Positions 51,483-62,944 are shown, numbered from the whole stretch's first letter. The stretch is DNA of 62,944 nt, filler included, from Rhabdomonas costata (GCA_019059605.1; 33 parts of 33 records of this genome joined end to end with filler, not necessarily neighbours in it), one strand, 5' to 3'. Notes: generated from the sequence alone by a model not told the origin. Program-made: numbers and translations.

Positions 51483-51596
51483 CCCCCCCNNNNNNNNNNN
51501 NNNNNNNNNNNNNNNNNNNNNNNNNNNNNNNNNTTAATTAATTAANNNNNNNNNNNNNNNNNNNNNNNNNNNNNNNNNNNNNNNNNNNNGGGGGTG

Positions 51597-52034
51597 GGGT
51601 GCTGATAAACGTTTGGCAATGTACCTTTTTTTAAGGCTTCTTTTTTCATTGCTCATGTTGACACTTCATGATGTCCTGGAGCTCTGCAGTGACGAAGCAA
51701 AGCTCCGAGAGTGGTTAAGGGTTTATGGAGTTCTCCGAGAGCCGCCTTCCAAGTGCTCCAAATCTGGCTCTGAGCTGAAGGTCAGTGTGCACAGGGGCAA
51801 GCCTGGTCGGTGTGTACTGGCCAGTAGTGCCGCCTTAGTGGCGGCGGTTATGGATGGTCCCCTGCAAGGCTCTAAGCTGAACGTATCCTTTTAATGATCA
51901 CTCAGGGGGTTAGGAAGCGATGCACGTGCCCCCTAGATCAGGATATTTCATCTCGCATGGAGTTAGGAGGCGATGCACGTGTCCCCTAAAAAAAGGTACA
52001 CTGCTGAAGGTATGTCAAACGTTTATCAGCACCC
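51597..52034 (+). mobile_element. Internally deleted non-autonomous Merlin element (~440 bp) with TIRs and 5' transposase remnant (51655-51894)
   Basis: TIR GGGTGCTGATAAACGTTTG (51597-51615 / 52016-52034) plus inner TGTACCTTTTTTTA (51620-51633 / 51987-52000). MLTLHDVLELCSDEAKLREWLRVYGVL...HRGKP...QGSKL aligns with the N-terminus of the 41 kb Merlin. Confidence 0.85.
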
Positions 52035-53113
52035 ATCCCCACCAGAACATTTACATCGCACCCAGTGCTTAGAACCCGAAAGTGATGTTTGCCTTACCTC
52101 AAGGCGGAGCTTGCATTCGGGTTCCCCGCCTTTCCTTTTCCTTTTCGTTTTCCTTTCCCTTTCCTTTCCTTTCCGTTGCATTTCTTTCCTTTTTTTCGAC
52201 CATCGAACATCCAGAGACTTTTTCTGTGGTGGTTAATGCTTTAAGTTTCTCACCCAAGCGCATGCGAGAGAGCAAAACACAGCGCACAAGCTCAACATAT
52301 GTGTCTTGCCACAACGCACAGCGCACTAGTGTATATCTGCTTTCCTTTCTCCCGCTTGCTTCCTGAGAAGGTGAGGGTAGTGACCGCACCTCCATCTCTC
52401 GTTCCCAGGGGCGAGTCGTCGGCCACCTATACCTCTGGAGCTGATGGACGATGCCCAGAGCTCTTTTAGCATGTCCGCTTCTCTGAGGTCTCTATGCTTT
52501 TGCCCATGCCCTTCCCACGCCCCTGAGCACATTTCGATGACTGATTTTTTCTATAGCTTGGGTGCATGTAGCGTCAACATAATGTCAAGTAAGTAGATGC
52601 TTGAACTGTGCTAAGGATATTGCTGAAATGACTCGAGTTTCTTTTCAGTTTTCCTTTTTGTGGTATGCCAAATTAAAATTGGGGCTGTTCGGGTTCTCTT
52701 TTTCCTCTTTCGTTGTTCAGAGTCACGGACTGCTTGAAGGTGGAGACGCAACGGATGTTCTCATTGATGTCAGCGTACGTGCTCGTGCGTGGTTGCGCGT
52801 CGGTTTGCCTGCTCTCTGTGGGATGACCACTGTTCCGCCAACCTGTTCTCGGCAAGAGTGCTTGCATTACAAGTCCATGTGGCGGGTTGAGTTTGTTTTA
52901 CCGTGCTGCTGCCTCCCATATGTCCCATATGGCCGAAGTGTGCCAGCGATTTTCGTCGCCGTTTCAAAGTTGCTCTTCCGTGTTTTGTTGATTGTTGACT
53001 GCTGGGTTCCTCTGTTTGCTAAGAGCCAACCAACACAGCCTCGATTTCCCATGCTTTTACGCTTGGCGCTGGCCCCTGTGAATTCAGCGCTCCGTGTGAC
53101 GCTTGTGTGTCAG

Positions 53114-53216
53114 GGCCATTATTGAAGAGCGGGAGCGCCGCCTGAAGGCCCTGCAGAGTGCGAATGTGAGCCTTCGGGAGATTCGCAAGGATCCTCGTGT
53201 GACCCGGCTAAAGCAG
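53114..53216 (+). CDS. Exon of an uncharacterised helical/coiled-coil protein
   Basis: AIIEERERRLKALQSANVSLREIRKDPRVTRLKQ bounded by CAG and GT. Confidence 0.5.
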
Positions 53217-53874
53217 GTGCTCTCTGGGCGTAAGATATCCTGCGGTTTGCAGCGAAGGGTAGTTAGGCTAAGCGGCTTCGATATATCCGTCTTGCTGCAG
53301 GCAACTATCAGGTTCCGCGTCACTTGAGGGTTCCTGTGTATGCCTTTCTCACTCCTTCCAGCCCCAAAATTCAAAACTATTCATTCCTCACACACACCCN
53401 NNNNNNNNNNNNNNNNNNNNNNNNNNNNNNNNNNNNNNNNNNNTTAATTAATTAANNNNNNNNNNNNNNNNNNNNNNNNNNNNNNNNNNNNNNNNNNNNC
53501 TGCGGGAGAAGGGGGGCAAAGGCTCCTTCCTCTTCGCTTACACCCATTAATTGATTTTCAGCACTGACTGCTTTTGATTTAGACTGGTCTCTGAAAGAGG
53601 AGAGGTTGATATTTGTACTGATGTTTGGCTCCCTCACGTTACTCACAAAGTTCTGTCTCCTTGGAAGAGGCGCCCGCTCGGACCACACAGATTCAAGTGC
53701 TGATGGTTGGGGCGCGTGACGAGAGAGATGTGGAAATACCCTATTCCCAACTGGCCACCTCCCCATTCAGCGGTTATGCCCGAAAGTCCAAAAAATCACT
53801 TGGACGATTGCAGGAACTCATCCCTTATTCAATAGAATTTCTTGGTGATCGCAGCTTTTCTGGGTTGGGAAACA

Positions 53875-55240
53875 ATGGCCCCTAATTTTGTGACTTGCAA
53901 GGAGGCGGGCTTGGAGCTGAGGCAGGCCCTCTTTTTGGATTGCCGGTGGGCAATCAATGAGCCCCTAACCTACGGCCCCGCGGCCTTCTCCGCCGGCCAT
54001 GTCCCTGGGGCTGTGTTTGTAGACATGGAGAAGGACCTCACCTGGGAGATCACCCCAACCAGTGGCCTTCACCCCTTGCCCCCGATCCAGGCCTTCGGGA
54101 AATGGCTCAGCTCAGTGGGCATTGGCCCCTCTACCAGAGTAGTGGTGTACGACGATGTCGGCGGGGTGTGGGCCGCGCGGTGCCTCTGGATGCTGCGCTG
54201 TGTGGGGGTGGGCAACGTGTCCATCATGGAAGGAGGCGTGCAGGCCTGGCAAGCAGAGCAACTTCCCTGGAGTCCTCCCGAGAGGGATGGGGACTACACC
54301 CTAGTGACGCCTTCCGGGGAAGAAAAACTTGTGCTTCCCGCAAGTTGAGTGCCACCGTTGCGAACGGAGGCTTCGGCGATAGGCGGGCCTTGCACGGAAA
54401 GCCGCAGTGCAGCCTAATGCCGGCTTAACGCCGCGTGCAGCAGGATCGTTAGTGCAACGTCGTCGTGGTGCAACTATGGGTAATTGTAGACGTTCCTTGA
54501 CTTTTTACTTTTATCTTTGAGGTTCCCGCAATAAAATGACCACCTACTGGGCTGCTCCTGTGAGAGAGAAGAAGGACATATTTGGAAGCCTTGGGATGCC
54601 TCACTGGGTTTCGATAAGGAGTCGCGGTTAAGCATTAGTGACGGAATCATGCAAATAAAGGACAACAATGGATCAGCCTCGAAGTTGATGGTCCTATGGT
54701 TTTGGGGTACTGCTAAAAGCATGGGCTCTACGACACTGCGCGCTCCTTGCCACCACACCTGCGTAGCGCTCATTCCTCTCTGCGCAAACTGGGGGCATCA
54801 CCGAGAGCTGGGATGCGGGCCACATGCCCGTGTGTGAGGTCAGCGAGGTCCTCGCAAACCTAACCTCTCTCAGGTTTCAGGTAGTTGATGCCCGCTCGTC
54901 TGCACGGTTCGAGTCCGCCCCAGACGGTCCGCCGATGCCCCCGCCTCACCGGCACCCCGGGCACATCCCGGGGGCCTCCAACTGGCCCTATGCCTCCAAC
55001 TTGCAAAGTCCTGGGGGACCCCTGCGGCCCGTCACGGAGCTTCGGGAGGGCCTCTTGGCATCCTTCCGGGGGTGCCCTCCTGCTGAGGTTGTGATGAGCT
55101 GCGGCTCTGGAGTCTCGGCGTGCATGAACATCGCGGTGGCGGAGCACCTAGGGCTGGGCGTGCCCCGGCTGTACGTGGGCTCGTGGAGCCAGTGGAGTGC
55201 ACTGTACCCGAAGTTGAACCACGACGGGGCTGCGCCCTGA
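53875..55240 (+). CDS. MPST: 3-mercaptopyruvate/thiosulfate sulfurtransferase (two rhodanese domains), apparently complete; exons 53875-54303 and 54767-55240 (intron boundaries inferred)
   Basis: LDCRW, GHVPGAVF, VVVYDD, AARCLWML, VVDARS..RF, GHIPGA, active-site loop CGSGVSA, LYVGSWSQW; a phase-0 GT-AG intron 54304-54766 joins the two ORFs. Confidence 0.92.
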
Positions 55241-55623
55241 GGCGCTGCCGCAATATTCTGACCATTCCCCCCCCCCAACCACCTTTGTGCTCCTTCTCGA
55301 ACAGGGCCNNNNNNNNNNNNNNNNNNNNNNNNNNNNNNNNNNNNNNNNNNNNTTAATTAATTAANNNNNNNNNNNNNNNNNNNNNNNNNNNNNNNNNNNN
55401 NNNNNNNNCTGTAAAGCATCTGGGCTTTAAAAAAAAGTAAAGTGACTGTGGCGCTTCGAATACTGAAGAAGCGACCACGATGCTGACGTGGTCAACAATA
55501 CGGTATTTATCATTATTCTAAACTCTGGTCCAAACGCTGGTCCAAACTCGGTCTGTGAAATGGCTAAACTTTTCACCCCATCACCTGAAGGGGACACTCT
55601 AATTGCCCTGTGCTGCTTCTCAG

Positions 55624-56701
55624 AGCCCTGCTACATCCGCATGCCGGGGATCAACCAGCACTCCAACTGCGTGATGCAGGCGTTCGCTTCAAACGGCTCG
55701 CAAACCGTGGGGGAAGTGATGCAGTTCCCCACAATGACCACGGAGCAGGACTGCGCCACGGCCTGCTCGAAACACCCGCAGGTGCTTCGATTCAGTGCAT
55801 CGCAGCAACTAGCGTTCAGAGAGTAGCCCCATTTTTTGGCAGGCGCTGTCCTGAGTAAAAATTGGCGTGTTCCTAGGTGCGGTGAGTTGTGAGGCAATCC
55901 CAAATGCTTGTTCAGCAGTCTGTAGTGCTCTTCTCTTACCTTTTCTTTTTGGATGGGAAAATGGAGAATGCAGTGAAGACAAAATCGTCACTGAAGGCAA
56001 TATCCAGGTATCAATGCATCCAGCCACCAGTACTTTTTCGAAAACGATTTCGCAAAACCTAGAAACCTTCTCGTGGATGCAAGACAGTTGAAACATCATG
56101 AAGTCCAAGTTTTCTTGTTATGAAATGGCTTCAGGGAAGTCCTCAGAAACTCGCCAAATTTGTATGTCATCACCACCTCCTGATGACAGCACTAAGGAGT
56201 CCATGTGACAAGATTTCAAGCAAAATAGCTTGCCAATGCATCTGTCAGATTTCAGTCTGCCCCAGCAGCTGCCCAAGTTGCGGTAAAACCTAAACTTAAA
56301 ATTTGTGAGACCTTGAATTCCTGACAAGCAGCCTTCGCTGTGGTTTGGATTTTTTAGCCGTGATTGGCACATTTGTCTTGATCGGTGTCCGAATGAAATC
56401 ACTGAATTGGCCCTCCTCCGTGGCCAATGTCCTGCCTGGACTCTAGTTCGGTACCTCGATGGACTTGTATAGTAATCCCCACTCCCATCCTAAAGCTGCT
56501 GAAGGTGGTTGCTGGGTTCGCTGATCCTCTCACTGTTTGCCCCCCCCCCCCAGTGCGAGGTGTACACGTGGTACAACGTGACCTACGCGCAACCCGGCCT
56601 CAGGCTGGCCTGCTTGGGACGCACCTTCGTGGGCCATCACCACTGCCTGGGCCGCGCTGAGTCCGAGGTGATCAGCGGCATCCGCTCATGCCGTGACGAA
56701 G
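55624..56701 (+). CDS. PAN/Apple-domain protein fragment; exons 55624-55781, 56554-56701
   Basis: TEQDCATACSKHPQ|CEVYTW...ACL...VISG fits the PAN C...C....C..a.a...C...SG pattern; phase-0 GT-AG intron. Confidence 0.75.
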
Positions 56702-57316
56702 GTATGCACGGCGGAATGCTGCATGGAATCTGGGGGGCGGGTGATCGTCAATGGTTCATCCCCGCCCCCAGTATATGTGCCTGTGTTAACTATCGTTGTT
56801 GAGGGCTTGCTCCCCCCTCTCACGAAAACACATTTATTTCCCATGTGCACAGAGCATCAATGCATCGTTAATACGTGGCCGTTACACTGGAACTGTGGGG
56901 TTTCGGTCGTTTAGCACTGCTAAAAGGTAGCAGCGCTAAATGGATCATCCCCTATCCTATGGAACGTCCCAAACCAGCAGCCCTTTCTAGCCGCGCCGCG
57001 GACTTGCCTCCTCCCCCAGAATACTCCTGTTTCATTTGTGCCAAATCCCAACAGCGCAAATTCCAAAAATCCGCAAACGTCAAAAAATTTTGTCTGCAAC
57101 CATTCCAAAAACTCCTGTTGAAGTCCCAGCGACACTTGTATCGCCCTTTTATGCTCGAGAAGGGTTCACTTAGAGTAGCCTCCCCCTTTCTTTGGATTTC
57201 AATCCCGTATTTGGGGNNNNNNNNNNNNNNNNNNNNNNNNNNNNNNNNNNNNNNNNNNNNTTAATTAATTAANNNNNNNNNNNNNNNNNNNNNNNNNNNN
57301 NNNNNNNNNNNNNNNN

Positions 57317-59125
57317 CAGAGCACCGCTCCGGAGAGCCATATCCAGCGTCCCTTCTGGGCCATGGCGGAGGTGAGCGGGACCCTGGGCTGCGGCTCCTTG
57401 GGTGCTGCACCCGACCATCACGGAAAGACCTTTGGCTCGCAGCAGGCTCTGCTCTTGACGTCCGTTGTGGTGAACGGCGGGCATCCACAGATTCCCGTCG
57501 GGAGGAAGATGTGTACGCTGAAACACGGTTAGGCTTTGGTGAGGCCTGCCGTGGTGAAGGCCGGCTTGGGGCAGGGGCTCCTCCCTCCCGAAGCCAATCC
57601 TCGGTCAAGAACCAGTTCTTGCCCAACCGCAGCTGTCGCCCCGAGGAGAGCTCGCGCTCGTCGCCGGTTTCGGTGGCCACGGAGTTCTGGGAGGCCGCAG
57701 AGGAGGCGGTTCGGCTTTGGCGGCGGTGATGCCGCTTGCGGCTGTGCCGTTTCCGTCGGCTGCTGCTCCGGCTTCTGCTCCGTTTGCTCTTTTTTGAACC
57801 CTCCTCATTGCCCTTGAGCTTAGAAGGAACGGCTTCGGGACTAGTTTGAGGTGCGATGGGGGCGTAGCCGGTTGCAGTGGAGACGGCGTGTGAAGAGGAG
57901 GTGGAAGATGGGACAGGATGAGTGGAGCTCGGTCTTGGGGGAGGCGCAGCGTGGGCTGGGGAGTAGCCCCCGTAGCGGTCATAGCGGTCGTAGTCCCTGT
58001 CCCGGCGGGGGGGCTCAGGACAGTCCGAGGAGATATGACCTGAAATGGAAGCGACGGAGGCGTGGCCATCGGGGAGTAAAAAGAGGTGCTTCCAGCCAAA
58101 ATCAGTCAACTTCTTTGGAATCCGTCCCACACCTGCAGCAAGCATTACCAGGTTCTGTTTGTCGACAGCGCATTTGAATATTTAGTATTTTCGGACCCCC
58201 CCCCCATAACAGCACCCGTTGGACTGAAGTGCTATTGTGGCGCTAGCAACAACCAGCATGGACGGCGTAGCCAAAGTGTGCTCACAGCATAAACCACTTG
58301 CTTGAAGCATGCATCCAAAAGGTTGTCGTGAGAACTACAGGAAAAAGCGTTGTCTGCCAGGCCGTATGATTATTGTGTGGCCGAGGGGGTGCCCGACACA
58401 AGCAGTGAGACCGGAGCGGTTGCAGTTGAAGCAGCGCTTGGACTTCCGCATCGACGCCTCGACGCGGACGAACGCGCAGCGGATTCGGGTGCCGTCCACG
58501 CCCTCGATCGCTGCATCCGCCTCTGAGCCCCGCTCAAACTCTGCCATTCAATACGAAAGCCTTGACACCAACCCTCCCATGCGCAGCTTATACCAACTGT
58601 AAAGAAGCTGAACCTGAATCTTTCCCAATCGTTTCAAGAAGTTTATTAACTGACACACATTTTGAAAAAGTTTCGGGAAGGGGTTGGGGTTATGACGCAA
58701 AAAGAGCGTCCCCGGCGAAAAACATTCGAAAGGGACTGCCACTGGGCGACCCATGATGATCGGGATCTGCACATCCAGCCTCATACCAATCAATGCACTA
58801 TGGACTTCGGGCATCGCACTCCTCTGACATAGAAACATAAGGACATCCTCCGAAAAAAAATGCAAACCCACCCAAACTCAAGCGAGTCAGTATCGAAAAT
58901 ATACCTCCCTTTCATTTCATGATTCTCCAGCTTAGCAGGTCACGACGAAGACAGCGCAAGATGAAAGAATGTGGAAACGGATGCAATCTCTTACAGACGT
59001 CGAGGTGCACGCACACACCTAAACGACGACGCACACGCACACACACAACAAGGTCCGCGCACAACGTACCCACGAAGGCATATCCCGACCTCAGGTCCAC
59101 TCTGGTGATCCGGCCATACGGGGAG
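57317..59125 (-). CDS. SR splicing factor with RRM, CCHC zinc knuckle and RS-rich region (SRSF7/RSZ-like); exons 59125-59070, 58540-58412, 58039-~57317
   Basis: YGRITRVDLRSGYAFV|EF...ADAAIEGVDG...VRVE (RNP1), CFNCNRS|GHISSDC (CX2CX4HX4C), SKRSRSRSSSRRKR. Confidence 0.88.
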
Positions 59126-61147
59126 NNNNNNNNNNNNNNNNNNNNNNNNNNNNNNNNNNNNNNNNNNNNTTAATTAATTAANNNNNNNNNNNNNNNNNNN
59201 NNNNNNNNNNNNNNNNNNNNNNNNNTGTTGTTGGGAGAAAGAGCACGCGGGAGGGGTTGCCTGCCTCTCGCTGTGGTTACATTTTAACATCGAGTCTGGT
59301 TTTCGTCTCGACTGGAAGGGAAGGAAAGCGAGAAATCTAGAGTTCCCTGTGAGGAAGCAGAACCTATTTTGCGTTGGTCATTTGGGTTCTGTAACAACTG
59401 TTCCGCTGCAGACTGTCAGACATGTTCTGATGAACACGTATGAAGTTTCCTTGAGCACCAAACATTCAAATATGAGGCATGTCAAGCTAAAGCTTGAAAA
59501 ATATAATTGTTCATAATTACCTTAGAAAGAAGGCAGGCTTCAGTGACTCCCCCTAGAACTGTGGCACATCTGCTTCTCGTCACAATGGTAACAGACGTAA
59601 AGACATCGCTGGACAGGGCCGAAACGAGTATTTCAAAAGTTTACGCCCAAAAAATTCCTAAAGCAGCTAAACTTCAGATGCCCCTATGTGACGAGAAACG
59701 TTACCGTCAGCAGGAAACGACCAGAGATAGTCATGATGTGGAACACAGTGGAACATATCATGATGAGGGGCAACCCTCCCCGCACGAGGCCATCGCAGCA
59801 AAGAACAACAGAAGTACCCTCGCAGCACCCTCGGTGCTGGTGGGTGACACCATTTGTGAATGCTCTGCTGCGGCACAGTGTTGGGGTGGCCTTGACGCTG
59901 AATGCTGTCAGGGGGAGGGCATAGGATGGAAAAGAGGTTGGTGGGTTGCTGGTGCTTTGTTTTTGGCTACAACCAAACGAGATATCGCGGCGATATAAGT
60001 CGGCATTCCCTTGCATTCGCTAGATTTTGTGCAGACTTTTTCTTCCGTAACGACGACTTTTGTTGTCTGTATTCTTGGCACAGTGCGCAGAGAAGGAAAA
60101 CTTAAGTGCACCGCCACTCTTACTGAAACAATTGATAGGGTTGACACATTCTTTCAGACGGTAATCTTTGAAACCGAACTAACAAAAAATCAGATCACAG
60201 CAATCAAAGTGAAGGAGGCACCGTACTTGCAGAAAGGCAAACAGAGCTCGGAGCGATGGAAAAAAGGTGTGTGCCTGTGTGTGAAGCAGTTTGTGCCTGG
60301 CGTGTAAAAGTTGCGGAAAGCGGGGCTAGGAGGAAGTGGGTGTGGCAGAAACAGGAAAGTGGGCAAGCGGTGTGAGGGAAAGGAAATCCTTATGGGGTAG
60401 GAAGGCAAGGTACAGACTGAGGATACACTGCAGAATGTTGCTTTAGGGAAGGGGGAGAGGAGGGTAGGCAGAGGAGGCAGAGGATGTGCGTGGTGAAACT
60501 AAATGACACAACACAAGGCTTTGCACCGGGAGAAAGGGAAGGTCATACGCGGCAAGCCGAATAGCAGAACTCCGATTACTCCGGTGCAATTGATGCAAAC
60601 GGGAAACGAAGCAGCAGTTTCCGAAAAATGACCGAATTACCGAATCCATTCACAACCCCACTGACCTCTCGAATACAAGCGAGAAGCACCAGCGAACACT
60701 GAGATGCTTGAGAAAATGTTTCTTGCTGACGGGGAAAATTTCAGCCTTCCGCTCTCACGCTCTCACACAATCTGAGAACAAAAGTTGTTAAGCAAACAGT
60801 GACTGCGTCTGCAAAAAGAAAAGTCTTGCACAAAAGGGGAAAGCTTCACAGGAACTCAAAAAAAGACCGCTGCTTTCAGAGGCCACACGTCGACACAACA
60901 TGTAATTGATTCTTTCCCTTGGGGACATGATGTCGCCTTTCGGGAGTGAAAATACACGCTGACACACAATTCTGACACTTGGTAACCCAGCAGGGTGGGG
61001 CAAGTGGGGATGTAGAAAGCACATCACACAAAACCNNNNNNNNNNNNNNNNNNNNNNNNNNNNNNNNNNNNNNNNNNNNTTAATTAATTAANNNNNNNNN
61101 NNNNNNNNNNNNNNNNNNNNNNNNNNNNNNNNNNNTTTGTGGTTGGG

Positions 61148-61420
61148 TTAAGCAGGGCCTGACTGTTCACTTATGACGACTTGCATGCTCGGATCGGGCA
61201 GCAGTGTCGCAGCCCTGCGGTACCCTGTCCGGGGTCTGCTGGACAGTGACTGGCGCAGGCGCAGATGGCGAGTCTTCCAACGCCCCAGCAGCTTGATCAG
61301 CGTCACCGAAGAGTAGGGCTGCTCAGCCATTGCAGCCGTTACCTGGCTGGAGCCATAGGCGAGCCATAGGCTGGAGCCATACTCGAAAGGGCTGGGACGT
61401 GCACTCGAGGAAGAACCACT
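61148..61420 (-). mobile_element. Tyrosine recombinase C-terminal relic (DIRS/Ngaro/VIPER or Crypton-type), upstream of the PP4C exons and probably intronic
   Basis: PFEYGSSL...VTAAMAEQPYSSVTLIKLLGRWKT resembles Y.xHSxRxG.AT......s...IkxLGRW.S; degraded, with an internal gagccatagg duplication. Confidence 0.55.
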
Positions 61421-61626
61421 GTGCTCCTCGACAACCAGGCCAGAAAGACTCGGCTCACGAACACCTTGAAGCAGCTGCCCGGTCCCAGGATTCCACCCAG
61501 GGAGTGCCTTGCCGTCGGGTGGGCCTTTTTTTAATCTGTTGTCAGCTTGCTGGTGCGTTGGTGACGTTCCAGAAATGCTGCTGAGCTGTCCGTTTTCCCG
61601 TTCTTCCTTGATGCGTTTTTTGTCAG

Positions 61627-62200
61627 AAATTGAGGGCTGGGGGCTGAGTCCTCGAGGTGCTGGTTACATTTTTGGCGGCGACATTGTCGCTCAGGTATCG
61701 ACCTTTCAGTGGTTTTCCAACAATTGCGTTTTTTAAATACCCGGGCTGCGCTGTTTTTCATTTTGTTCCGGGCACAGTTCAACTCCTCAAACCAGCTTGA
61801 TCTCATTGCCCGTGCGCACCAACTCGTCATGGAAGGCTATAAGTCGATGTTCAACGACACGTTGGTCACCGTGTGGTCTACACCAAACTACTGCTACCGG
61901 TCTTTGCTCTCTGCCGCACTTGTCATTTTGTCAGCCTTTTTGCTTTCTGTTCTCCCGGTTACTACTGCCATCTTTGCAATCTTGTATCTCCAGCTGTGGA
62001 AATGTGGCTGCCATTCTCCAACTGGATGACAAGCTCAACAGGAAGTACGAGATATTTGAGGCAGCGCCGCAGGTTCGCCTTCCGTTTTGGTAAGCTGTCA
62101 ACTTCCCCACGAGTGACTGGCATAATCGTGCGTGCACCTATTTACGCAGGACCAGCGAGGGATTCCCGCAAAGAAGCCTGTTCCAGATTACTTCCTCTGA
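61627..62200 (+). CDS. PPP4C: Ser/Thr protein phosphatase 4 catalytic subunit, 3' part; exons 61627-61694, 61778-61899, 61994-62072, 62150-62200
   Basis: [22 protein letters not shown]...[11 protein letters not shown]...[19 protein letters not shown]...[25 protein letters not shown]; three short GT-AG introns. Confidence 0.93.
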
Positions 62201-62524
62201 GAAAAGGGGATCGGGGGCAAAGCGATGCTGCTGTCTTTCGACGGCTCCGTTTGACTTCGAGGCCACGTTCCACGTTGTGACTCTAGAACTCTGAACTTGG
62301 ATTTGCCTGCGTTTTTGTGCTGACATTCTGTATCAAAGAGTGTTTTGTGTGCTCAGTGGAACGCAACATCATCTTTTGTTTGTCGTGATGAGCTTCACTC
62401 CAAGGCAAGAATCGCACTCAGCTCTCGCTTCCCGCAGGAAAAAGGGCACTATGTGAGTTGTTGAATTCCGATTTTTCTTTTTTTTTTTATGGGTGGATGT
62501 CATGTTTGCGGGACTAACCTCCTC

Positions 62525-62546
62525 AGTCAGTCAGTCAGTCAGTCAG
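62525..62546. repeat. (AGTC)n microsatellite between PP4C and the EEP gene
   Basis: About 5.5 AGTC units. Confidence 0.9.
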
Positions 62547-62745
62547 CATGTGTACCCACATGCCTTTTGAAAGGCGACTTTAACGTCCCAAGATGTAGGG
62601 AGCCTTCATGTGGTGATCAAAGTGTTGCAAAGTGAACCATTGGTATCATTTAGCGGTGTGTCCGACTGCTCGCTTGGTGTGTTGGTTTTGCGCAGCCTCT
62701 ATTTCTCGACCTTGTGCACTTCATTTGCACATTTACCCCAATGCT

Positions 62746-62944
62746 ATGAAAATAATCTGCCAGAACTTGAACCTCCACCATCTCGTCACCCATGCCAAGG
62801 GAAAGGAGGCCCGGGTTGACAAGTTTGCCTCCGTGCTATCCGCCCAGCAGGCCGATGTTGTGGTCCTGCAGGAGGTGTTTGTGCTGAACACGCTGTTCTC
62901 CCAAGTGGGAAGCGACCTTCGGACTCAGGCCGGACCCCCCCACA
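62746..62944 (+). CDS. Endonuclease/exonuclease/phosphatase (EEP, neutral-sphingomyelinase-like) protein, N-terminus truncated by the window end
   Basis: MKIICQNLNL...ARVDKFASVLSAQQADVVVLQEVF contains the N-terminal strand with Asn and the DhhhLQE motif; absent from the ORF track. Confidence 0.8.
   Translation, partial: MKIICQNLNLHHLVTHAKGKEARVDKFASVLSAQQADVVVLQEVFVLNTLFSQVGSDLRTQAGPPH

Noticed and set aside
1857-61091. Regularly spaced TTAATTAATTAA repeats resembling an array, and ORFs ending in XXXLIN
   Set aside because: Artificial N-flanked linkers; not CRISPR or any biological repeat

Overview
This window is not one locus. It is 33 unrelated contigs of ~1,809-1,812 bp, sorted by decreasing length and joined by 100-nt artificial spacers (44 N + TTAATTAATTAA + 44 N), so adjacency across spacers carries no biological meaning. 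Most contigs begin with G/T-only and end with A/C-only runs, suggesting G/T-degenerate-primer whole-genome amplification. The DNA is from an intron-rich eukaryote using the standard code. By inference it is probably a euglenozoan and most likely a euglenid: it has very degenerate GT donors, a GC-AG intron, a candidate stem-loop CAG...CTG nonconventional intron and RpiA. Manual splicing recovers fragments of Piezo, a SAM-domain protein, RAB3GAP1, an XRRA1-like LRR protein, RpiA, a papain-family protease, a CorA-family Mg2+ transporter, an atypical dual-specificity phosphatase with a Tyr/Gln/Pro/Val repeat tail, a receptor-like membrane protein, a rhomboid protease, a DEAD-box helicase, F-box, ankyrin and PAN-domain proteins, mercaptopyruvate sulfurtransferase, an SRSF7-like SR protein, PP4 catalytic subunit and an EEP-family enzyme. 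Mobile DNA includes two divergent Merlin (IS1595-like) transposon relics with TIRs, CRE-like non-LTR RT relics and a tyrosine-recombinase relic. All assignments come from motif recognition by eye, with no database searches. I found no complete novel multi-gene system.
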